DNA of 64,000 bases from an uncultured Bacilli bacterium (lineage in GTDB: Bacteria > Bacillota_I > Bacilli_A > RF39 > UBA660). The stretch covers positions 1,096-65,095 of the forward strand of contig CASTSB010000005.1 of assembly GCA_949451605.1 (NCBI GenBank). Reading direction: 5' to 3'. The notes under the pieces were generated by a model. That model searched no databases. It was not told where the DNA came from and saw nothing but the letters and a program-made list of their open reading frames with translations. Position 1 is the stretch's first letter. Every line of letters begins with the position of its first letter. A program made the translations under genes and the position numbers. Positions 30,673 through 39,800 of this stretch are shown here, piece by piece.

Positions 30673-31068
30673 ATGGAAAATTGTCTTTTTTGTAAAATAA
30701 TAAATGGTGAAATCCCATCACGTACTATTTATGAAGATGAAATGGTAAAAGTATTTATGGATATTAATCCATCTACTAATGGTCATTTACTAGTAGTTCC
30801 AAAAAAACATATCGTAAATATATTAGATATGGACAAAGAAACTTATATTTATATGTTTAACTTAATAAAAGAAAAGCTTTATCCTTTATTAAAAGAAAAA
30901 TTAAATTGTGAAGGATTAACAATTGCTCAAAATAATGAATTAGGTCAAGAAGTAAAACACTTCCATATTCATTTAATACCAAGATATCAAAATGATTGTG
31001 GAGATTTCAAATATGATAAATCTTTATTAATTGATCTAGATGAAGTAGAAAAGAAATTAGCCAACTAA
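30673..31068 (+). CDS. HIT-family hydrolase
   Basis: HFHIHLIPR histidine triad; RBS taggaggt. Confidence 0.8.
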   Translation: MENCLFCKIINGEIPSRTIYEDEMVKVFMDINPSTNGHLLVVPKKHIVNILDMDKETYIYMFNLIKEKLYPLLKEKLNCEGLTIAQNNELGQEVKHFHIHLIPRYQNDCGDFKYDKSLLIDLDEVEKKLAN

Positions 31069-31100
31069 AAATACAAAGCTGAAACTTTGTATTTTTTTAT
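31069..31100 (+). terminator. rho-independent terminator
   Basis: aaatacaaagctgaaactttgtattttttt. Confidence 0.5.
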
Positions 31101-31101
31101 T

Positions 31102-31248
31102 TTACCAGTTAGTAAAACTTCCTCCAAGGATAATAGCTAGTAAGATATATAAAATAATGATTATTAAGAATCCATTATTTCCTCTATTACTATTACAGCA
31201 AGAAGTTGTTACTGTAGTACATGGATTTTCATTACAATTACAAGTCAA
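31102..31248 (-). CDS. YjcZ-like tiny Cys-rich sporulation membrane peptide (TTG start)
   Basis: RBS gggaggtga then TTG. Peptide TCNCNENPCTTVTTSCCNSNRGNNGFLIIIILYILLAIILGGSFTNW resembles the tiny_TM_bacill / YjcZ family. Confidence 0.45.
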   Translation of the reverse strand: MTCNCNENPCTTVTTSCCNSNRGNNGFLIIIILYILLAIILGGSFTNW

Positions 31249-31262
31249 CTGACTCACCTCCC

Positions 31263-31343
31263 TTAAATATAAGCACCTAAGATAATTATTAAAAGAATAA
31301 ATAATACTAAAATGATAGCTGAAGATGATACGCAATTATTCAT
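31263..31343 (-). CDS. YjcZ-like tiny sporulation membrane peptide
   Basis: RBS aaaggagg 7 nt upstream of ATG. MNNCVSSSAIILVLFILLIIILGAYI compares with GGGFALIVVLFILLIIVG of YjcZ-type peptides. Confidence 0.45.
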   Translation of the reverse strand: MNNCVSSSAIILVLFILLIIILGAYI

Positions 31344-31465
31344 GTCTATTCCTCCTTTTTTTATGCTTTCAATTTATTCTATGGCAAAAGTTCAAAATGG
31401 TGATTATAACTATAATTTATTGCACTAAATTTATTTTTTTGCTATTATATCTTCAGGAGGTTAGT

Positions 31466-32458
31466 ATGAAAAAAAATAATGTAATTTTAGGATTAAGTGC
31501 ATTTCTTCTAATCGCATCTTTATTCACAACTGGATGTGGAAAAGAAGTTAAAATAAGTAAAAAAGCTGTTGTTGGTTTTGAAAATGGTGAAATCAGTGCC
31601 AATGATTATTATAAAGAAATAAAAGAAGATAATATTTCAAGAATCATTGATATGATTGATCATAATTTATTAGATGAAAAATACAAAAAAACTGACGAAG
31701 AAGATAAAGATGTAAAAAAACAAATAGATAACTTAAAATCTACTTATTCAGATGGTCCTGCATTTAAACAAGTTATAGAACAATACTTTGGTGCAGAAAG
31801 TGAAGAAGAACTAGAAGAAATACTTAGACTAGAATATAAAAGAGAACAAGCAGTAAACGACTACATCGAAAAACATTTATCAAATAAAGAAATCAAAAAA
31901 TATTATGATGAAAATGTCTATGGTGATATGTCCGCAAAGCATATTTTAATTTCTACAAATGTTGCAGATAACGCATCTGATGAAGAAAAAGAAGAAGCTG
32001 AAGAAGAAGCTTTAAAAAAAGCTAAAGAAGTTATTGAAAAATTAGAAGATGGAAAAGATTTCGATAAACTAGCTAAAAAATATTCAGATGATGAAGGATC
32101 TGCTACAAATGGCGGAGATTTAGGAAAATTCTCATATGATGAAATGGTAGAAGAATTTTCAAGTGCTTGTGCAAAATTAAAAGTAAATGAATATTCTAAA
32201 GAACCAGTAAAATCATCTTTTGGATATCATATAATTTTAAAAACTGCTCAAGAAAAAAAGCCTAGTCTTAAAAAAGTAAAAAATGACATCAAAGAAAAAT
32301 TAAGAGAACAAAAATTAGAAGATTCAAAAACTCTATATTATGAAACTCTTGATTCAATGAGAAAAGATAATGGCATTACTTGGAATGACAGCGCAATGAA
32401 AAAAGCTTATACTAAATTCATTGACAAATTAAAAGAAAATGCAAAAAAAGATAAATAA
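31466..32458 (+). CDS. prsA: foldase lipoprotein PrsA (parvulin-type PPIase)
   Basis: RBS caggagg, lipobox LFTTGCG, parvulin block GGDLGKFSYDEMVEEF...FGYHIILKT. Confidence 0.8.
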   Translation: MKKNNVILGLSAFLLIASLFTTGCGKEVKISKKAVVGFENGEISANDYYKEIKEDNISRIIDMIDHNLLDEKYKKTDEEDKDVKKQIDNLKSTYSDGPAFKQVIEQYFGAESEEELEEILRLEYKREQAVNDYIEKHLSNKEIKKYYDENVYGDMSAKHILISTNVADNASDEEKEEAEEEALKKAKEVIEKLEDGKDFDKLAKKYSDDEGSATNGGDLGKFSYDEMVEEFSSACAKLKVNEYSKEPVKSSFGYHIILKTAQEKKPSLKKVKNDIKEKLREQKLEDSKTLYYETLDSMRKDNGITWNDSAMKKAYTKFIDKLKENAKKDK

Positions 32459-32463
32459 CAAAA

Positions 32464-32492
32464 AATAGCACACTAAAGTGCTATTTTTTTTG
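32464..32492 (+). terminator. rho-independent terminator of prsA
   Basis: atagcacactaaagtgctat hairpin plus T8. Confidence 0.55.
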
Positions 32493-32953
32493 AAAATAAT
32501 AAATCTTATTTTCTATCGCAATTAAAAGTATTTTATCTTTTTTATCATAGTAATATAAATTTCCTAATCTATATAAAACGTCTTTCCTTATATGAATATT
32601 AAATAGGATCTTTTCGTTACAATCCAAACTATCATAATAATCTGATACGAGATCTTTTACATATTTTTGATTGTTCATTTTAATCAGCTTAAATTTATCT
32701 AATTTTAAAGCCCTATCATAATAGAATATATAAAAGTCTGCTCCTTTTCTATAATAGTAATTTTCTCTCTACTAGGTGGTACAGGTAGTAGTTCTTCCTT
32801 ATAACTTATATTAATATTTTTTACGTCGAATAAAACATAGCTGCTTAATATTAATATAAAGAGGAAAGGTAAGAAAATAATTAGAAATAATAAGATAGAT
32901 ATAATTTTAAATGCTTTAATTAAATACTCTCGAAACTTTCTCAATCTTACCAC
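32481..32953 (-). pseudogene. frameshifted gene (N-terminal TM anchor plus Y-rich domain split over two frames)
   Basis: 82-aa ORF (TM anchor) and 65-aa ORF overlap around 32700..32790. The second frame stays open upstream as RENYYYYRKGADFYIFYYDRALKLDKFKLIKMNNQKYVKD... Confidence 0.35.
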
Positions 32954-33017
32954 CTAATATAGTATATAGAATAGTTCTATTTCTGCCCGGGCATTAATAA
33001 CGAGTTATAAAAAAATT

Positions 33018-33115
33018 TATTTTTTTTAATCTAAACTCTTATAAAAGTCTTTAATATGTCTAAAAAGCTCTTTAATTTTAATCGGATTCAGTTATATTAT
33101 TATCCTAAATAATAA
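33018..33115 (-). pseudogene. orphan 3'-terminal remnant of a third copy of the 151/155-aa paralog family
   Basis: About 85 percent DNA identity to 33884..33975. With a 1-nt deletion it encodes ...KIKELFRHIKDFYKSLD*, matching the C-termini of the two intact paralogs. Confidence 0.5.
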
Positions 33116-33240
33116 TATAAAAGAGTTCCTTTCTTCAATTTAAGAAGACATAATACTAAAAATTATTCAAAATGCTTAATAAAATGAAAAAAACTCTATT
33201 TTATACAAAAATATATTATAATAATTTAAAGGTGAAGAAA

Positions 33241-33807
33241 ATGAATAAATTTTTCGAATCAAAATTTACATTAATAACAATAATCTTATTATGCTTTTTA
33301 AGTAATTGGTATAAAGATAATATATCCTTAATATTTTATATCATAATTAGATTAATATTAATTATTTTATGCATGTATTTTTTTTACAAATTATATAAAA
33401 AAAGTTTTACATTAAAAAACAAAATCATCACATCTTTTATATTTATTATTACTTTATTTCTATTTTTTTATGATTTTAGATTAACAAAAACTAAAATTGA
33501 ACTAAATATTTTTAAAAATCAAAGAAATATAATTATTCAAAAAATTAAAAACAATGAATTTAAATATTATTATAAGAACAATATTAAATTGTCCAAATAT
33601 AAATATACTTCTAATGATGGTGAGATTTATGTATATAAAAATGATACTGAAGGACAAGTTATTTCCTTTTGGATATATCGTGGTTTAATGAGTGATTCAA
33701 TTCAACTAATTTATACAACAGATAAAGATTTATTAGAAAAAAATATAAAAAACATTAATAAAAGCATTAAGTTAAATAAAAATTGGTTTTATATTACAAC
33801 TAAATAA
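33241..33807 (+). CDS. small polytopic membrane protein with Y/K-rich tail
   Basis: RBS aaaggtgaag. Three hydrophobic helices, then a soluble tail. Confidence 0.4.
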   Translation: MNKFFESKFTLITIILLCFLSNWYKDNISLIFYIIIRLILIILCMYFFYKLYKKSFTLKNKIITSFIFIITLFLFFYDFRLTKTKIELNIFKNQRNIIIQKIKNNEFKYYYKNNIKLSKYKYTSNDGEIYVYKNDTEGQVISFWIYRGLMSDSIQLIYTTDKDLLEKNIKNINKSIKLNKNWFYITTK

Positions 33808-33883
33808 TAAGTAAAGCAAATAATTATAAAAAGAAAAAGTGAATCTATATATACAGATTCACTTCGAAATTTAGTATTTCATT

Positions 33884-34351
33884 TTAATCTAAACTCTTAT
33901 AAAAATCTTCAATATGTCTAAAAAACTCTTTATTTTTAAAATCGGACTCAGTTATATTATTATCCTCAGCAAACATATAAAGAAATTCCATCCATGAATA
34001 ATCTTTTGCTTTAATAGCCTTTTCTGTAGCCTCTTCAAAGCTACTAACCAAAACATCTCTAGGTAAAGTAGATAATAATTCCATAATTACATCTGCTCCA
34101 GGCCAATTAATATCTTGTAACCAATAATACAATTCAGGTATAACATCTTTCACTCTAGGATAGCCTCTTAACAATAGTACTCTAGCTTTATAATGCCATC
34201 TCCAATTAGCACGCTCATCCATTATGAACTTTCTGTTATCATAATCTTTAGCATTTACCAATAATTTAACATTTTCTTCTTGTATTTTCTCAGGCAATAC
34301 AGAATACATTATATCATTATAAGCTTTATCAGCTGCTTTCATTTTTATCAC
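33884..34351 (-). CDS. cytoplasmic immunity-like protein, paralog A
   Basis: 155 aa. ARVLLLRGYPRVKDVIPELYYWLQDINWPGADVIMELLSTLPRDVLVSSFEEA shared with 34400..34855. Confidence 0.5.
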   Translation of the reverse strand: MIKMKAADKAYNDIMYSVLPEKIQEENVKLLVNAKDYDNRKFIMDERANWRWHYKARVLLLRGYPRVKDVIPELYYWLQDINWPGADVIMELLSTLPRDVLVSSFEEATEKAIKAKDYSWMEFLYMFAEDNNITESDFKNKEFFRHIEDFYKSLD

Positions 34352-34399
34352 CTCTTTTTATAAAAAGTATTAAATTTTTGAAATATATTCTACAAAATA

Positions 34400-34855
34400 T
34401 TAATTTAAACTAGTATAATAATCTTCAATAATCTTAAAAAGCTCTTTATTTTCAAATTCAGATTCTATTATATTATTATTTTCCGCAAATTCATAAAGAA
34501 AAAGCATCCACTCTTCATCATTCTGCTTAACAGCCCTACCCACTGCTTCTTCAAAACTGCTAACCAAAACATCTCTAGGAAATGTAGATAACAACTTCAT
34601 AATCTCATCTGCTCCAGGCCAATTAATATCTTGTAACCAATTATACAATTCAGGTATTACATTCTTTACTTTAGGATACCCTCTTAAAAGTAGTACATTG
34701 GCTCTATATCTCCAATAAAACTTTGAACCATTATTAAGAAACATATCGTTTCCATAATTTTCAGAGTTAGCTAATATTTTTACATTTTTTTCTAATTGTT
34801 TTTGAGTAAGTCTACTTGTATTAATTTCTAAATAAGCCTTTTCTTCTTTGGTCAT
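34400..34855 (-). CDS. cytoplasmic immunity-like protein, paralog B
   Basis: 151 aa. ANVLLLRGYPKVKNVIPELYNWLQDINWPGADEIMKLLSTFPRDVLVSSFEEA; high DNA identity to paralog A in the core. Confidence 0.5.
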   Translation of the reverse strand: MTKEEKAYLEINTSRLTQKQLEKNVKILANSENYGNDMFLNNGSKFYWRYRANVLLLRGYPKVKNVIPELYNWLQDINWPGADEIMKLLSTFPRDVLVSSFEEAVGRAVKQNDEEWMLFLYEFAENNNIIESEFENKELFKIIEDYYTSLN

Positions 34856-34871
34856 TAATTTACCTCACTTT

Positions 34872-35126
34872 TTACCATGCTTCCCACTTATGTATTACTT
34901 CATTTGTTTTATCATTGAATGCTGCAAATAAGAATTCCCCATGATTACAATAATCTGAATTATCACAATAGCTTTCAATAAAATATATTAAATACTCATT
35001 TTCATTTTTACCATAGGAAGGTGTATTAGAAAACAAACCATTAGGTAATCCTAGTTTGTCATCATAATCTTGCAGTTTACTAACACTCTTAGATTTATAT
35101 TTTTTATTAAATTTATCGATTGTCAT
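34872..35126 (-). CDS. small hypothetical protein
   Basis: 84-aa ORF with Cys/His cluster CDNSDYCNHGEF. Confidence 0.3.
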   Translation of the reverse strand: MTIDKFNKKYKSKSVSKLQDYDDKLGLPNGLFSNTPSYGKNENEYLIYFIESYCDNSDYCNHGEFLFAAFNDKTNEVIHKWEAW

Positions 35127-35165
35127 ATTTTTATCAACATAATATAAAGCTAATTCTGATCCACT

Positions 35166-35606
35166 CTACAAAGCCCCTGGAGAAAAAATAAAGTGAACTT
35201 TTTCCACAGAATTTGGAATTTCGTCAGGAAAAGCTTTCAAATATGAACCACGAACAATGTCTTTATAATATTTTACATCAGTAATTGGATTTTCAGCCAA
35301 TTCAAATGAACATATAAACATCCCACTTAAATAATAAGCTGGCAAAAAGAAAGTCAAAATAAAAGATATTATTGATAACAAAATCTGCGACTTCCGTATG
35401 CTACATTTAAAACAACAAATTATCAAAAGTTGAAAAAATATTAAAAATGGTAAATAAGCAAATATCAAGATTTTTACTCTTGTATTAGTTGAATAATATT
35501 TACTTAAACAAAAAAATATACAACCAATAGCTAATGATATAATTGTTAAAGCTAAAAGAAAAATAAATAATATTACTTTTTTTCTATTCCATTCTTCTTT
35601 TTTCAA
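35166..35606 (-). CDS. four-TM small membrane protein (possible membrane immunity protein)
   Basis: 146 aa, four hydrophobic helices rich in Cys/Phe. Confidence 0.4.
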   Translation of the reverse strand: MKKEEWNRKKVILFIFLLALTIISLAIGCIFFCLSKYYSTNTRVKILIFAYLPFLIFFQLLIICCFKCSIRKSQILLSIISFILTFFLPAYYLSGMFICSFELAENPITDVKYYKDIVRGSYLKAFPDEIPNSVEKVHFIFSPGAL

Positions 35607-35738
35607 AATAGTTCACTTCCGAATACATTAACAATATAATTATACCACAACTTTATGCTTATACAATTTGAATACATAATTTTGTTAAAATATTCTTTTT
35701 CAATATTACATCTGATATAATAAAATTAGGTGATTAAA

Positions 35739-36803
35739 ATGTGTAAAACTTTAACTAATAAAAAACACAAAAATATTGATTATTCAAATCTTTCATATGA
35801 AAATTCAAATTTCATATTTGATGAGTTATACAATGACTTCAAAAAAAATCCATTAAGCTTAAAAATTATTAAAGGATATATAATAATATTTATAATTAAT
35901 TTTTTAACTTATTATCTTATAAATCTAATAATAAAACAGAAACTGGAATTATCAATTACCATTATCATTTTTATTTCTATCTTAAGTTTATTTTTTACAG
36001 TATTTTTTAAAATTAAGGGACTTAAAAACACTTCAAAAAATTCTAATGCAAAATTTTACTTTTATGATGATTTTATTTTATTAAAAAGAAAAAAAGACAT
36101 TGAATATATTTTTTTAAATGAAATAAGTACTATATCCGAATCAGAAAAATACTTTAATCTTTACAAAAATGGAAATAGATATGTTTTAATAAAAACCAAA
36201 TTAGAACAAAAATTAATAGACTATCTAAGACAATTAAAACAAAATATAAAAGAACAAAAAAAAGATAAATATTATAGTTACAAAAATTTTATTAAAAATT
36301 ATAAGAATGATTTAATATTATATTCTAAAAATGAAATAAATGAAGAAGTATTAAATAAATACTATAAAATAAAGAAAGTAAATAAAGATTTATTTATAAA
36401 TAGTTTGTTTGTTAATTTATTTAGTATTCATATTTTATTATTAATCATATACAAATTTATATTTAAATCTTACAATTTTAATATAAAAATTTATCTTTTT
36501 ATAATATTCGAAATACTTTTATTAACAATAATATTTCAAAAACACTATAAAACAAGAGATATGAAAACAATTATAAAAGATAAATTTATAGATACTTATT
36601 TGTATAACAACTTTATACTAGTAAATTTCAAAAATAAAATAATAAGATATAATTATAGTGATATTAAATATATATGTGAAAAAGATAATTTATTAGTCAT
36701 CAAATTTAAAGAATACAATTCTCAACCAATATTTTTTAATAAAAACACATTTAAAAAAGACCAATTTGACTTTTTAAATAGTAAAAAAATACATACTAAA
36801 TAA
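35739..36803 (+). CDS. membrane protein with internally duplicated TM-pair plus PH-like (YcxB/bPH-like) module
   Basis: RBS aggtga. Two repeats of (two TM helices + FYFYDDFILLKRKK... / LYNNFILVNFKNK...). Convergent with the RHS gene. Confidence 0.4.
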   Translation: MCKTLTNKKHKNIDYSNLSYENSNFIFDELYNDFKKNPLSLKIIKGYIIIFIINFLTYYLINLIIKQKLELSITIIIFISILSLFFTVFFKIKGLKNTSKNSNAKFYFYDDFILLKRKKDIEYIFLNEISTISESEKYFNLYKNGNRYVLIKTKLEQKLIDYLRQLKQNIKEQKKDKYYSYKNFIKNYKNDLILYSKNEINEEVLNKYYKIKKVNKDLFINSLFVNLFSIHILLLIIYKFIFKSYNFNIKIYLFIIFEILLLTIIFQKHYKTRDMKTIIKDKFIDTYLYNNFILVNFKNKIIRYNYSDIKYICEKDNLLVIKFKEYNSQPIFFNKNTFKKDQFDFLNSKKIHTK

Positions 36804-36871
36804 TATAGTATATATTTTTCAAATAATAATTTTGAATAAATAATTTAATTAAGTTTCTGTTATAACATAAT

Positions 36872-39800
36872 TTAAGAAAACAGTAGTTTTAAACCATCTG
36901 TAAACAATTTTAAAGAGTCACCAAGTGCTTTTATTGCAGTTGCAGATGTTTTTATGTAAGGATATGCAACTATAGTTAGTGGTACAAGAGCCACCGAAAA
37001 CAATGCAACCTCTTTTTTTATATTTATTCTTGTATAACCACTTACACTTTCATTATCTCCTGTCTCTATTTCAACATCTACTCCAAAATAAATATAGTCA
37101 TCATCAAAATCAAAAGTATTTTTGACAGTAGTGTCTCCTGTTGTTGAAGAAATATAAAAATCTGCAGAAGTTGGACCAACATCATAACCATAATTACCAA
37201 AATTATGATCTGCTGAAATATCGCAAGTACCAAATACGGTGGAAATAGAACCTTTATTTGTTTGAGTAACTATTTTTTTATTCTTTGAAACACCAGAAGT
37301 TTTACTTACAGCGCCTGATGGGGTAGAATTGTTACAAAAACTAGCAGTCGAACTTTTTTTATTTTTCTTTTTTGCCTGTTCTTTTACTTTTTTCTTAGTA
37401 CTTTTAGAAAATAGATTAACAATAGCTGAAAAAAGATTGTTCAAAAATTTTCCATTTCCAGTTTTATCATAATTGACTATAGGATTATTACTTACATAAG
37501 CATACAAATTATAAGATAAAATATCTTCATTTGCTCCTAATACAACATCAGGAGAAATGAATCTTCCTAATTCAGGATTATAATATCTATGATTTAAATA
37601 ATACAGACCTGTTTCTAAATCATAATAATAGCTTCTATATCTAAATGGATTAATATTTCCTATATGATTTAGATCATTTGAAATATCATTACCATTCTCG
37701 CCTTTAATAGATAATAATTTTCCCCAACTATCATATATATAGGTTACAATCTTATTACCCTCTTCATCAAAAATTCCTATAATATCATTATGTAGATTTT
37801 TTAAATAATAAAATATTTTATTATTATATTTAAAACCGATCAAACCTTCAGCATCATATAGATAATAAATTACTGTATCATTTCTATCTTCATATACAAT
37901 TTCATCATTTAATGTATAATATTTTGTCTCCAAACCATTATAAATTTTAGATTTTCTAATACCATTTTCATCATATTTAAATTTTAAATTTTTATTTTCT
38001 ATAATATTTCTTATTTCAGATAATTCAACTCCATTTTTCCATAAGAAACTATTATTATTAAACGATACAATGTTTCCTAATTGATCATAAGTGATATCAT
38101 TATCATTATAAGAAGTTAATTGATCTTCCCAATTTTCATTATTATAATTGTAATTAGAAATTTTTAATACTTCATTTGTTTGAAGATTTTTTTCTATTTT
38201 TTTAAGCAAATTCCCTGTATTATCATATAAATATTCAATTTGCGTATTTAAATCATAATTTTTTTCTTCTATTAATTCATTATAGTTATCATAATCATAC
38301 TGTTTTATCAAGCTTTCATTTAAATATATATTTTTAATATTATATACTTCATCATAATCATATTTATAAATATCATTATTAACTTGATATGAATTTATTA
38401 GATTACTGGTTCTTTTTCCATTTGAAACAAAATTACTTGCTGTATTTATAATGTTATTAATATTTTTACCAACATTTCTATTTAAGCTATCATAATTGTA
38501 ATTTACCTTTACTTCACCAAATAAAGTTGTTACTAATTTTTCTCCATCAAAATTATTTATTTGCTTATTAATATTATTATTGTATTTATATTCTTTGGTT
38601 GTTATAAAGTTTTCTGTATCATAATCATATATTACTTTAAAACTATCATTTTTATATAAGTGAAGTCTATTATTTTTATCATAATTAAACTTAGAAACAG
38701 AATCATTTGAAATGATTTTCGAAATATTACCATTAGTATCATAATAGAACTTATATTTATCATTTTCTTTTTTTATTTCATTAACCCTTTCAAAATCATC
38801 ATACAACATTTCGATATATTGATTATTTCCATATGTAATTTTCTTTAAATTTCCATTATTAGTTTCATATTCATTTTTAGTTAAAATGTTATTATTTAAG
38901 TAAATTGTATCTATATTCATAAAATTATCATAAGTTATCAAATACTCTTTATTTCCCTGAGTAATATTAGTTAATAAATTATTAGATCCATAAGTATAGT
39001 TAATTTCCGAATTATTTTGTTTAACTTTAGTACATTGACCTTTAGTATTATACTCATACTTTGTTTCTATACCTCTAGGATCTATTACTCTATTTATTTT
39101 ACCAGTCAAATTATTAACTTCATAAGATGTTTTTCTAAATATTGAATCAACTTTATCACTAATAAATCTTTCGTCTTCAGTATATTTAGTATTATTTTCT
39201 ATAAATAAGCTTTCTGGAATTTCTAAATAAAAATCTATATTTGTAAGATTATCACTATACTTATTTAATTTTACAGAATCGTCTTCTAAAACATTTAAAT
39301 ATCTAACAATATTTTTTTCTACATCATCAAACTTGATATTATAAGAACCGTCATCATTTTTTTCTAAATAAAATAAATTATTTATATTAACTTCATTTAA
39401 TATTAAAAATTCATTACTACTAGAAATACTATAATTATCTTTTAATCCATACTTAATTTTGTATCTGTCTTCATGTTTTTCTAAAAACCATATATTATTA
39501 CTACAATCACTCTCTTCCATTACAAGATTATTTAATAATGCTTTTAAATATTTTTTAGTACCTTTAAGTCTTATTTTATAAAATCCTTCTTTTATTTCAT
39601 TAACATACTTTTTAGAAATTCTATTTGCTATTGGATTTCCATTCTTATAAGTAATGCTATTTGATAAACCATTTGAGTATATTGTATTTAACAATCGATT
39701 TTTTTTATTATAATCATATTCATATATTTGACTTTTACCTAAAGTATTTGTTATACGAGTTATTTGATTTTTCTTATCATAATTTAGAGTATCTTTATTT

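Noticed and set aside
32977-32984. gcccgggc GC palindrome in AT-rich DNA
   Set aside because: A single 8-mer with no partner repeats and no flanking structure. Most likely chance.
33030-33975. Direct repeat of about 85 nt read as a possible CRISPR-like or attachment repeat
   Set aside because: The repeat is the conserved 3' coding end of paralogous genes, not a spacer-repeat array. There are only two copies plus a related third.
36804-36871. AT-only palindrome tttcaaataataattttgaa between the convergent RHS and bPH-like genes, considered as a terminator
   Set aside because: The stem is too weak (all A-T, 6 bp) to call confidently.
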